A model generated the notes under the pieces. It was not told the origin of the DNA. It searched no databases and saw nothing but the letters and a program-made list of their open reading frames with translations. A stretch of 64,000 bases of DNA from an uncultured Candidatus Saccharibacteria bacterium (lineage in GTDB: Bacteria; Patescibacteriota; Saccharimonadia; Saccharimonadales; CAYVSP01), in contig CAZOZI010000003.1 in assembly GCA_964584265.1 (NCBI GenBank), positions 20,619 to 84,618 on the forward strand. The letters are read 5' to 3'. This document shows positions 31,959 to 41,064 of the stretch, piece by piece. The first letter of the stretch is position 1; each line of letters starts with the position of its first letter. The position numbers and the translations under genes were made by a program.

Positions 31959-32956
31959 CAGGTGATTCCTACTGCTCTCAAATCCTCCACCCAAGCATCG
32001 AGCAACTTAAGTTCTTCTTCGGGGACAATTTGAGCAGCATGCAATGCCTTATAAACGGCTACCATTTGTTCGGTTAAGTTGTCTGCTGAGATGGTCTGTA
32101 ATGTCTCTGTGGCAATATCGATTACCTGTTCACTGTGCAGATAAACCGGAATCTCTGATTCAAAATCCTTCAAATAATCATGCGGGTTACGTTTCTGGAC
32201 AACTGTTGCTGGACCAAAGCCCAGCTGCTTGCTTCGCTTCCATAGCAACGGCTGAGCCACTAGACCGCGCAAGATATCGGTGAAACGAAAAGTAACAAAA
32301 GCCGGCAGATACAAAAGAGAGAACACTTCTTTTTTAAAAATAGTGTTTTGAGAATTAAACGGACAAACCGTACCAGATGCCAACGCTAAAGGTTCATTTT
32401 TATTAAACGTAATTAGCTGGTTTTTAGTAAGACGGTAAATGGCATCTACATCAGGGTCTTCGTTTGCTAGAAATTGCCAAATTGCGACATCTGGTGTCGT
32501 CTCGGTCTCGCTAGCTTTCTCGGTATTGAGAATGCGATTGAGAGGAAAGCCGCGTGGCCAGATAAATTCTTTAGTAAAGTAGCTGTATATATTTACAAAT
32601 TTTTTGCCTGAAAGAGTTTGTAGCGTAGCTTCTTCGGGCAAAGCTGGCCAGTCTGCCAGCGGCTCATTATCATCATCAGAATCAGCAATAAGATCAGCAC
32701 CTTGGCTAATAGCATAAAGGTAACCGGTAATTTTCCGACAGTAGTGATTCCATGGCAAATGTTTAAGGACGTTATAACCAAGTTTTTCCTGTTGCTCCGG
32801 ACCGAGGTAAATTACGTTTTCCATTTGCCAGTTCGAGGGCGTTTTACGATCACCAACCACGATAAGCTGCCAGCCAGAAACAGCCGCGAAATTCTTAACA
32901 GCCTCAGTTGGCTCAAAAATAGATGTAATAATGATAAAACGCTTAGGTTCGGCCAT
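31958..32956 (-). CDS. STELLO-like (former DUF288) putative glycosyltransferase
   Basis: RFIIITSIFEPTEAVKNFAAVSGWQLIVVGDRKTPSNW matches my recollection of the DUF288/STELLO N-terminal pattern. Not verified. I prefer ATG 32956 over GTG 32986, which would overlap the upstream Wzt-like gene by 28 nt. Confidence 0.4.
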   Translation of the reverse strand: MAEPKRFIIITSIFEPTEAVKNFAAVSGWQLIVVGDRKTPSNWQMENVIYLGPEQQEKLGYNVLKHLPWNHYCRKITGYLYAISQGADLIADSDDDNEPLADWPALPEEATLQTLSGKKFVNIYSYFTKEFIWPRGFPLNRILNTEKASETETTPDVAIWQFLANEDPDVDAIYRLTKNQLITFNKNEPLALASGTVCPFNSQNTIFKKEVFSLLYLPAFVTFRFTDILRGLVAQPLLWKRSKQLGFGPATVVQKRNPHDYLKDFESEIPVYLHSEQVIDIATETLQTISADNLTEQMVAVYKALHAAQIVPEEELKLLDAWVEDLRAVGIT

Positions 32957-32958
32957 GC

Positions 32959-34212
32959 TCAAACTTCCTTTTTTGTAACGTGCCACTCAACTTTATTGGC
33001 TATATAACCCATATACTTGCCGCCAAAATATGTTGAGCGTACATCCTTTGTGTTCTGTCGTATTTTGAGCGGAATGTTCTCCCGCATGTCGTGTAATTGT
33101 TTGCCAGGAGCCTGTATAGAGACTCGAATATAAAATACACCTGGCACGAGATGGAAATGAGAAAAAGGAATCACAGCCCTATAAGTACCAGGCTCCAAAG
33201 TCTGGGTTGACCTGCGATAGTCGCTGTCGCTTGTCATAAATATAGCCTGGCCTTCATTGCTCAACACTTCAACGGCTACTACGCTGTGCTCAAGCGGTTC
33301 TTTGACTGTGTACTTCAGCTGTAGCTGCCAGGACTCATCTAGGTCCAAGGCTTCGACCTTCTCGCCCTCACCGTTCTGTATTTGAATGTCCCGTATCTGG
33401 GCCGCTTTTTTGGGGTTCTCCTCAAAATGCGTTTCAGCGACGGCTGGCATGTTTCGCGCCATGTACTGTTCAGTGGCAAACTCAGTCTCTCCGATATATT
33501 TGGCTTTGCCTTTTTCCAGAAACATTGCTCGATCACAGAGCTGTTTTACTACAGTCATACTGTGACTGACAAACAAGACCGTACGGCCGCTTCTGGCAAT
33601 CGAACTGATTCGTGACATACATTTCTTCTGAAATGAGGCGTCGCCAACCGCCAAGACTTCATCAATGATTAATACATCTGGTTCCAGATGGGCTGCGACT
33701 GCAAAAGCCAAGCGGACATACATGCCACTACTGTAGAATTTCACTGGGGTATCAAGGAATTTTTCAATCTCAGAAAATGCAACGATTTCATCAAACTTTT
33801 GTTCAATTTCACTGCGCCCCATGCCGAGCATTGATCCATTAAAGAATACGTTTTCTCGGCCAGTTAACTCTGGGTGAAAGCCGGTACCTACCTCCAACAT
33901 GCTGGCAACGCGGCCATGCATGACGATTTTGCCTTCTGTCGGATCAACTGTGCGCGATAAAATCTTAAGTAAGGTAGACTTTCCAGAACCATTTTTACCT
34001 ACGATACCGAACACCTCGCCTTTTTTTACATCAAACGAAATGTCTTTGAGGGCCCAGAAGGTTTCTTTTTGATCGTCCTCGTTTTTTGTAAAAGATTTTT
34101 TAAACAGAGCGGCAAAGTCATCTTTTAGTGTGCCATAACCAGCCTGTTGCTGGTGGCTAATCTTGTAGCTCTTGCTGATGTTTTCTACATGGATTACTGG
34201 TTCTTCGTTCAT
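32959..34212 (-). CDS. polysaccharide ABC exporter ATP-binding protein (Wzt/TagH type) with a C-terminal beta-rich extension
   Basis: Walker A GKNGSGKSTLLK, signature YSSGMYVRLAFA, Walker B VLIIDEVLAVGD. An extra domain of about 160 aa follows the NBD (417 aa in total), as in Wzt proteins that carry a glycan-binding domain. Confidence 0.85.
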   Translation of the reverse strand: MNEEPVIHVENISKSYKISHQQQAGYGTLKDDFAALFKKSFTKNEDDQKETFWALKDISFDVKKGEVFGIVGKNGSGKSTLLKILSRTVDPTEGKIVMHGRVASMLEVGTGFHPELTGRENVFFNGSMLGMGRSEIEQKFDEIVAFSEIEKFLDTPVKFYSSGMYVRLAFAVAAHLEPDVLIIDEVLAVGDASFQKKCMSRISSIARSGRTVLFVSHSMTVVKQLCDRAMFLEKGKAKYIGETEFATEQYMARNMPAVAETHFEENPKKAAQIRDIQIQNGEGEKVEALDLDESWQLQLKYTVKEPLEHSVVAVEVLSNEGQAIFMTSDSDYRRSTQTLEPGTYRAVIPFSHFHLVPGVFYIRVSIQAPGKQLHDMRENIPLKIRQNTKDVRSTYFGGKYMGYIANKVEWHVTKKEV

Positions 34213-35042
34213 ATTATGTCCGCAAAGTTCTTTTCAGTTTTGCTAAAGTACCAGACACCAATCGCCATAGCGACAATCGCTGATATAACCGATAAGAGAT
34301 TGCCAAGCCAATTTATTTGATCGCCAAAAAAGGCGGAGCGAATGGTAGTTATAGCGCCTGTTGCCGGGTTTAAGTATAGAAAAATTCGGAAGCGTTCCGG
34401 CACATATGTTATTGGGTAAATAACGGGAGTCATGAAGAGAAGTATTTGAGTTATAAATGGAAGTGCTGAGCGAACATCACGGTACTTGACATTGAGCGCG
34501 GCAAAGAAAATGCCAGCACCCAGTGCCCCCAATACTATTAATCCCAGGCAAGGTAAGAACAGGACAAACCCGAGCAAATGTGGTGGTACGCGGTAAATGA
34601 GTAGTAGTACAAAGAAAATCGACATTGCAAAAAACAGATCCACAACACTCAAAGCAGCAGCCGCAAAACAGGGAATGAGACGTGGGAAATAAATTTTAGT
34701 AATAAACCCTTGAGCAGCTACTAAGGAATTGGCAACCGTATTGATGGCGCTAGAAAAGCAATTCCAGAATACTAGTCCTAAATAGGCAAAAACAGCGTAA
34801 GGTATGGCAGCGTTACCGCTTTTGATACCGGCTACACGGTTGAAAAATAATGTGAATACGCCCGTAGCCAGAAATGGCTGCAGAATTGCCCAGCCAGCGC
34901 CTAGAGCAGTTTGTTTGTAGCGGACTTTAATATCGCGCCAGGCGAAGAAGTAAAATAACTCACGGAAAAGCCACAACTCACGAACACTAATGCTTTGGCG
35001 TTTATCGGCTTCTATGACAATGTCTTGGGTGACACTACGCAT
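34209..35042 (-). CDS. polysaccharide ABC exporter permease (ABC-2, Wzm/TagG type)
   Basis: 277 aa with 6 predicted TM segments and the N-terminal WRDIKVRYKQTALGAGWAILQP motif typical of ABC-2 type 1 exporters. 4-nt overlap with the ATPase gene. Confidence 0.88.
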   Translation of the reverse strand: MRSVTQDIVIEADKRQSISVRELWLFRELFYFFAWRDIKVRYKQTALGAGWAILQPFLATGVFTLFFNRVAGIKSGNAAIPYAVFAYLGLVFWNCFSSAINTVANSLVAAQGFITKIYFPRLIPCFAAAALSVVDLFFAMSIFFVLLLIYRVPPHLLGFVLFLPCLGLIVLGALGAGIFFAALNVKYRDVRSALPFITQILLFMTPVIYPITYVPERFRIFLYLNPATGAITTIRSAFFGDQINWLGNLLSVISAIVAMAIGVWYFSKTEKNFADII

Positions 35043-36105
35043 TAGTCTGCTCCTGGTACCAAGCTATGGTTCTCTCCAGCCCAGTTTTTAGATCAATCTT
35101 GTGATGCCAACCCAAAGCATTAATCTTATCCACACTAATTAGTTTGCGCATCGTGCCATCTGGCTTGGTTGGATCAAATTTGATACCACCATTAAAGTTA
35201 ATAATGTCTTTTATCATATGGGCTAACTCATCAATGGTAATATCACTGCCTGTGCCGACATTCAGATGAGTGTTGCGGATTTCTGTCATACCTTTTGAGA
35301 CATCGGCAAAATTGACATTATTCATCACGAATACGCAAGCCTCAGCCATATCATCAACATGTAAGAACTCGCGTCGTGGCTTACCAGTGCCCCAGACTTT
35401 TAGCATAACACCGTTACCGTTTTGCTCAATTCCATACTTGGCTAGCGCTTCCAGGATCTGTTGCTCGTTTTGCCCTTCTAAGCCAAGATTTTTAGCAATT
35501 GCTCCAAAGTTTTTATCTTCCAACCATTTGCATAGGATAGTCTTACGGATAAGCGCAGGCATAACGTGCGACTTTTCTAGGTCAAAATTATCATTTTCGC
35601 CATACAAGTTGGTCGGCATAACGGATAAATAGTTGGTGTCGTATTGAATGTTAAAACTCTCAATCAGTTTTATGCCGGCAATCTTTGCAATGGCGTACGG
35701 TTCGTTAGTATATTCTAGGGGACTAGTGAGCAGAGCGTCTTCACCCATTGGCTGAGACGCTTCTTTAGGGTAAATGCAGGTGCTCCCCAAAAATAGCAGT
35801 TTTTTGACGCCATGGCGGTGGCTAGCTCCAATCACACTATTTTGAATTTGGAGGTTATCAAAGATAAAGTCGGCCCGGTAGACGTTATTAGCCATAATAC
35901 CGCCAACCTTAGCGGCTGCCAGGAAAACATAATCTGGCTTGTACCCTTTAAAGAAAGTTGCCGTAGCCTGCTCATCGCGTAAATCTACTTCGTCTGAAGT
36001 CTTAAGAATAAAGTTGGTATAACCTTGAGCCTGCAATGTTCTGAGAATCGCACTGCCTACAAGCCCGGTATGACCGGCAACAAAAATCTTAGCGCTTTTA
36101 TCCAT
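35035..36105 (-). CDS. fcl: GDP-L-fucose synthase (GDP-4-keto-6-deoxymannose 3,5-epimerase/4-reductase)
   Basis: MDKSAKIFVAGHTGLVGSAILRTL..., LLFLGSTCIYPK and YAIAKIAG. I start at ATG 36105; the track start 36147 (GTG) adds 14 atypical residues. Confidence 0.9.
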   Translation of the reverse strand: MDKSAKIFVAGHTGLVGSAILRTLQAQGYTNFILKTSDEVDLRDEQATATFFKGYKPDYVFLAAAKVGGIMANNVYRADFIFDNLQIQNSVIGASHRHGVKKLLFLGSTCIYPKEASQPMGEDALLTSPLEYTNEPYAIAKIAGIKLIESFNIQYDTNYLSVMPTNLYGENDNFDLEKSHVMPALIRKTILCKWLEDKNFGAIAKNLGLEGQNEQQILEALAKYGIEQNGNGVMLKVWGTGKPRREFLHVDDMAEACVFVMNNVNFADVSKGMTEIRNTHLNVGTGSDITIDELAHMIKDIINFNGGIKFDPTKPDGTMRKLISVDKINALGWHHKIDLKTGLERTIAWYQEQTNA

Positions 36106-36204
36106 GAAATGTAGAAAAAGTATAACACGAACAGAGGTAAAACTCACCTAAGCTTTAAGTAACCAGGAAGCTAAATCTACCCATTCTTTATTACATGGAG
36201 CTAT

Positions 36205-38130
36205 CTATAATACGTTCACATAAACGTAAAAGCTAGGATCTGTGAACCACGTGACACCTTCAGCTACAAGGTTAAAGTATTCGTTTCTTGCTCCAGGGGT
36301 GCTCGGTGTGCGGGCGGTGAAGGTAAATGTGCCCTCACTGCCGGGGGGGACAACTGGTTCTATTAACTTCGCGGGGCGGGTATCACTTAGCCAGTTTGTG
36401 TAATACAGGCCACTGCCACGGTTCATCGGATTAGACGTACCAACGCGCACTGGGAAGTTGCCACTGTTATACCAAGCCATTTCGCCAGTATTTTTGGCTT
36501 TGAATGTGACATCAAACGTTTGATTACGCCCGATGTTTGGATTTCCTGTGCTTAGAGACGACCATACTGGTTGCCAAGCATAGGGTCGACCGTGCAAGTA
36601 CAAAGTAAGTCCGGGATCGTTAAACCAGTTTTGCCCTTCTGCAACCAGATTAAGCCGCTCGTAAAAATTGCCACCATAGGGCATATACACGCTGAACTGG
36701 AATGATGCCTGCGCACCTGGTGCCACTGATGTTTCGTTAAACTGGGTGATTCGGGTAGCACTTGGCCACTTACCGCCAACGGCATTACGTACGGCGCTAG
36801 CTCTGTCTGGGCCCCAAGTTGCCAGCCAAATGGGCGGATTGTTTTTAGTCCAAGTGGTGTTTCCAGTATTGGTGACCCACACGGTGAAGTCCTGTTGTGA
36901 GCCAGGATCCATGACACCGGTGCCGTTGCCATAACTTACACTGTTAACTTGCCACTGATAGGGGTTGTCAGTTACGACTGTGGTAGGACGAAAACCTGGC
37001 CAGGAGAACCACGTATAATTTTCAGCAACAAGATTTAGTGACTCGGCAAATGTACCTAGTAGTTGTGGATTAACTTGCCACTGGAAAGTCCCGACTTGAT
37101 TGGGCTGAACTACTGCTTCTTGCAACGTTGCAGGGCGAGTAGGAAATATAGCACTAGTGCGATTCTCTGGTTCATAAGTCCCTAACCGGATAGGGTGATC
37201 GCCGCTGTTATACCATGGTTGTCGGCCTACATTACGGGCTTTGAGCGTTAAAGTTTCGGTATAGCCCTTGGTAAGAACATTATCACCGCTGGAATAAGTG
37301 AAACTATCTATCAACCAAGCGTATTCAGAACCTATTGGACTGCCGAACCAATCCCAAAAATAGAGCCAGAAGTTGCGGTTGCCATAGGCGCTACAACTAT
37401 CACCGGTGCCATAGCCGGCGTTGAGGGCGGCCTGATTGGGCTGGTACGGGGTGTAGTTGTAGAGACCGGCGGTGGCGGCATTCTGTATAGTTACCGGGCT
37501 GGAGCCACAACCGGTATTAGGATTCCACAGTATATTTGAAGTACGGCCAGCGGCGTAGTTGACGTCGTTAGGGTTTTTGACATAGTACTGGAACACGCGA
37601 GCGGCATGGTAGACCTGATTGAAAAAGCCGTAATATTGCGAGTCGCAAACATTTTGGGAATCCGGGCAACCATAGCCGGTCGCTAGGGTGTACATATTAT
37701 TACTTGGCGCAGTCGAGGTTACCAAACCCTGCTCTTTTTGCAGTAACACAATCATGGCTTGAGGGTTCATATTACAGGCGGCCGTTACCAGTTTGATAAT
37801 GGTGGCAGCATTGTACTGGGCGCCGTTGCTACCATTGATGGTACTGCAATACGCGTCAGCGTTAATAGTTGGGATGGCTTGGCTATAGCCTTTTAGACAA
37901 GTCGGATTACTGCCGGTGCAGTTCGGTACCTTGCTGGTTAAAAATTGCTGAATAGCATCAGCGCTCATAGTATTAGGGTTAAAGAAGACCGAATCATCAA
38001 TAATGCGGGCGGCATTCCACTGGCTAGGCGAAACTGCACTGGCTTTGGGAGTGTGAAAATATAATGGAGTCAGTAGTGCTAGAGCGCTGACAAGCATAAC
38101 GCCTTTTATAATTAACTTGCGTAACATCAC
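36205..38130 (-). CDS. secreted protein: cysteine-containing N-terminal domain + three ~110-aa Ig-like repeats
   Basis: Signal peptide, then an N-terminal domain with LLQKEQGLVT...GYGCPD. Three repeats follow the pattern N(V/T)G...W(Y/T)N...(I/V)R(L/V)GT...G..(F/G)(Q/T)F...LNLVAE(G/N)..WF. Confidence 0.6.
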   Translation of the reverse strand: MMLRKLIIKGVMLVSALALLTPLYFHTPKASAVSPSQWNAARIIDDSVFFNPNTMSADAIQQFLTSKVPNCTGSNPTCLKGYSQAIPTINADAYCSTINGSNGAQYNAATIIKLVTAACNMNPQAMIVLLQKEQGLVTSTAPSNNMYTLATGYGCPDSQNVCDSQYYGFFNQVYHAARVFQYYVKNPNDVNYAAGRTSNILWNPNTGCGSSPVTIQNAATAGLYNYTPYQPNQAALNAGYGTGDSCSAYGNRNFWLYFWDWFGSPIGSEYAWLIDSFTYSSGDNVLTKGYTETLTLKARNVGRQPWYNSGDHPIRLGTYEPENRTSAIFPTRPATLQEAVVQPNQVGTFQWQVNPQLLGTFAESLNLVAENYTWFSWPGFRPTTVVTDNPYQWQVNSVSYGNGTGVMDPGSQQDFTVWVTNTGNTTWTKNNPPIWLATWGPDRASAVRNAVGGKWPSATRITQFNETSVAPGAQASFQFSVYMPYGGNFYERLNLVAEGQNWFNDPGLTLYLHGRPYAWQPVWSSLSTGNPNIGRNQTFDVTFKAKNTGEMAWYNSGNFPVRVGTSNPMNRGSGLYYTNWLSDTRPAKLIEPVVPPGSEGTFTFTARTPSTPGARNEYFNLVAEGVTWFTDPSFYVYVNVL

Positions 38131-38660
38131 TGAACCTCAAACGTAAACGGATCCGATGAACCAGCAGAGATGCCTGAGTTGTAGCTAACAACGACTGTCC
38201 AGGTGCCGCTAATGTTGAGCGGACCGTTCAGTGTCATTGGCCGGCAGTTTGTATTACTGACATTGGCAAAGGCCTGCGAGCTGGCGGTGACTTTATCGGC
38301 GCCGTGAGTAAATGTCGCGGTGCAGGTACCGCCGTCTTCTACAACTCCCGGTACATAGGCCCGAGCGCTGAATTTATCGGCGCTGGTAATGAATGGCTTG
38401 ACTGACTTCTTGGCGCCGGAATTGGTACTGTTCTGGCCAGAACCAGTTGTAGCCGGCGTGTCGTGGGCGGCGTTTTGCTGTTCTTGGGTCGGCGGATTCA
38501 AATCAACGTGCGGGGCCGGGTTAGTCGGTGCCTGGGTGGTTGTGCCGGAATTGTGCTGCCAGCGGTAAATGGCAAAGCTGGCTAAACCTATTAACAGCGC
38601 AATCAGAAGTAGGGGCAAAGGTTTCAGAAAGCGGCGCCAGGTTTTTCGTGATTTAGCCAT
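38127..38660 (-). CDS. hypothetical membrane-anchored protein
   Basis: 177 aa. N-terminal TM (PLPLLLIALLIGLASFAIY), a T/N/Q/P-rich linker and a small Cys-containing beta domain. The stop overlaps the start of the downstream secreted-protein gene. Confidence 0.6.
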   Translation of the reverse strand: MAKSRKTWRRFLKPLPLLLIALLIGLASFAIYRWQHNSGTTTQAPTNPAPHVDLNPPTQEQQNAAHDTPATTGSGQNSTNSGAKKSVKPFITSADKFSARAYVPGVVEDGGTCTATFTHGADKVTASSQAFANVSNTNCRPMTLNGPLNISGTWTVVVSYNSGISAGSSDPFTFEVQ

Positions 38661-38785
38661 ATCTTTATTTTACCAAGTTATACCAGCGATTATATCATAA
38701 AAACATAAGCATTACAATACTGCTACTTACGTGGTCTAATTGTAAAATTATAGATTCTTTGCACATTTAGAACAATAGATGGGCG

Positions 38786-39796
38786 TTATTTAGTCGTGAG
38801 CTTTTGCTGCCAGCGCCAGGTATCTTTGACAGCATCATCAATAGTTTTCTGGGTTTGCCAACCAAGTTCCTTTTCGGCTTTCTTTACAATAGCGTAGTAA
38901 GCAGCTGGATCACCGGCACGGCGGTGGCCTATTTTATATGGAACCTTGACTTTATTAACACGCTCAAATGTATTGATTAGTTCCATGACGCTAGTTGGTT
39001 GGCCTGTTCCAAGATTGTAAACAGCATAAGCGCCAGATTTTTGAACTAAATTCTGGAGCGCTGCAACATGAGCCTTGGCTAAGTCGACCACATGGACATA
39101 ATCCCGCTGACATGTTCCATCGGGCGTAGGATAGTCAGTGCCGAAGACGGTTAAAGGAGGTATTTGGCCAGTACATGCTTGTACTATTATTGGTAATAAG
39201 TTCTGAGGCTTGCCTTTTGGCAACTCACCGATTGAAGCTGAAGCGTGAGAACCAACCACGTTGAAATAACGCAGTGCAATACCCTTGAATTTTGGGTTGG
39301 CAATACAAGTGCCCTGTAAAATAATTTCATCCATACGCTTGCTCCACCCATAAGGCGAAACTGGTTCGCAGACCATATCCTCCGTAACTTTTTCGGTTGG
39401 CGGGTTGCCGTAGACAGCGGCACTGGACGAAAAAACAAAGTTATGGACTTTATGTTTCAGCAAAAATTGTAATAGCCCCACAAAACCGCTGACATTATTT
39501 TCATAATATTTAAGTGGCTGCTCAACGGATTCGGCGACGGTTTTAAAGGCAGCAATGTGAATTACGCCATCAATCTTATGCTCATCAAAAATTCTGGTCA
39601 GGAGCGTTTCGTCTTGATAATCACCTTCATAAAAAGGTATATCTACACCGACAATTTTTTTGATACCAGCCAGGACGCTTCGGTCGGAATTGCTGAGGTT
39701 ATCAATTATGACAGGTTGAAAACCAGCTTCATGCAGGGCCACCACAGTGTGTGAGCCAATAAACCCGGCGCCACCGGTTACTAGAATAATTTTCAT
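38786..39796 (-). CDS. galE: UDP-glucose 4-epimerase
   Basis: MKIILVTGGAGFIGSHT..., SPYGWSKRM (YxxxK), RDYVHVVDLA. 336 aa. Confidence 0.88.
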   Translation of the reverse strand: MKIILVTGGAGFIGSHTVVALHEAGFQPVIIDNLSNSDRSVLAGIKKIVGVDIPFYEGDYQDETLLTRIFDEHKIDGVIHIAAFKTVAESVEQPLKYYENNVSGFVGLLQFLLKHKVHNFVFSSSAAVYGNPPTEKVTEDMVCEPVSPYGWSKRMDEIILQGTCIANPKFKGIALRYFNVVGSHASASIGELPKGKPQNLLPIIVQACTGQIPPLTVFGTDYPTPDGTCQRDYVHVVDLAKAHVAALQNLVQKSGAYAVYNLGTGQPTSVMELINTFERVNKVKVPYKIGHRRAGDPAAYYAIVKKAEKELGWQTQKTIDDAVKDTWRWQQKLTTK

Positions 39797-40980
39797 ATCT
39801 TTTCCTGAATAAATGATCCCAACTTGCTGCGAAACATTTCTGGTCTGAACTGAGCGGTACTCCGGCTAATTGCGTAAGGGTCGTATTTTTTTGGATCAAA
39901 CTTCCTCAGAGCTTCAACTAGTGAACCAACTGTTAGTTGTTCAAAAAACTCACCGGTTTTGCCCGGCACTACATAATCAAGTGGTCCACCTGCTTTATAG
40001 GCAATGACTGGTGTTCCGGCGGCTATGGCCTCAACTCCTGTAATTCCAAAGTCCTCGACATTTGTCGGAAAAATAAAAGCCTCGGCTCTTTGAAAATCAA
40101 GTGGCATCTGTTCATCAGTTACGGTTGTTAGGAAAGTTACACCATGAGAACCTGCCAAGTCGCGCAACTTCTGGTGCTCAGGGCCAGTACCAATCACAGT
40201 TAAATGCTTACCAAGTTTGGCACAAGCTCTTATGGCAAGATCAAAACGTTTATAAGGAATTTGCCTTCCAGCAGTTACAAAGCCATGGCGGTCTTTCAGA
40301 GGTCCTTTTAATTTAAAACGTTCAACATCTACTGGCGGGTGTATTACAACTGCATCACGCCCATAGTATTTCTTGATTTGTTCTTTAATAAAGCTTGAAT
40401 TAGCAATCATAAAATCCGGTCGTTTAGAAGCCTTATAATCCCATTTTCTGAGAGGTGCAATTAGCAACTTAAGACCAAGCCTTGCGATTGGATCAAGCAC
40501 ACCAAAGCCGGGTGACTTAATATATTGCTCAAAGCGTCTCCAATAATAATGAGTCGGCGAGTGGCAGTAATTTATATGCAATGTGCCTTTGGGAACACGG
40601 ATGCCTTTAGCTTCCGCACTGGAACTGCTAATGACTAGATCGTAGCCCTTTAATTTGAGGCGGCTAAACCACCAAATTCTAAGCACTGGCAAAAATTTGC
40701 GCAGACTTGAAAATGGCCAGTGCTGCAAATAACCGGTCCTAACTTTACCGTCGAACTTTTTGCGTAGTTCACGGGTGCAACGTGACGTATAGATAGGTGC
40801 ATCAGGGAACATTTTGTGCAGCTCAAAGACTACTCGTTCGGCGCCGCCGCCTACTAACCAGTCATGTACAATCGCCACGCGCAAACTCCGAACCGCAGCG
40901 TCCTGCTCGCCAGTAGAACTAGCGACTCTGCCGCTGCTTTCATGTACACTACTTCGTTGCTGACTCCGCTGCTCGCTCAT
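39793..40980 (-). CDS. glycosyltransferase family 1
   Basis: VAIVHDWLVGGGAERVV... and PTNVEDFGITGVEAIAAGTPVIAY. 395 aa. Confidence 0.82.
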   Translation of the reverse strand: MSEQRSQQRSSVHESSGRVASSTGEQDAAVRSLRVAIVHDWLVGGGAERVVFELHKMFPDAPIYTSRCTRELRKKFDGKVRTGYLQHWPFSSLRKFLPVLRIWWFSRLKLKGYDLVISSSSAEAKGIRVPKGTLHINYCHSPTHYYWRRFEQYIKSPGFGVLDPIARLGLKLLIAPLRKWDYKASKRPDFMIANSSFIKEQIKKYYGRDAVVIHPPVDVERFKLKGPLKDRHGFVTAGRQIPYKRFDLAIRACAKLGKHLTVIGTGPEHQKLRDLAGSHGVTFLTTVTDEQMPLDFQRAEAFIFPTNVEDFGITGVEAIAAGTPVIAYKAGGPLDYVVPGKTGEFFEQLTVGSLVEALRKFDPKKYDPYAISRSTAQFRPEMFRSKLGSFIQEKI

Positions 40981-41064
40981 CGTACTATAGTGTACGCCTC
41001 ACTCCGCTGCTCGTCAGCGTCTTGTATTGCACATAACTTCGGAGTTTGCCTTGGGTCTTCTGCA

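Noticed and set aside
40963-41013. 13-nt direct repeat ACTCCGCTGCTCG, present twice 38 nt apart, straddling the start of the GT1 gene at 40980. A near-palindrome CGTACTATAGTGTACG lies between the copies.
   Set aside because: It is short and has a single pair of copies. It could be a small duplication at the 5' end or an operator, but nothing supports either reading.
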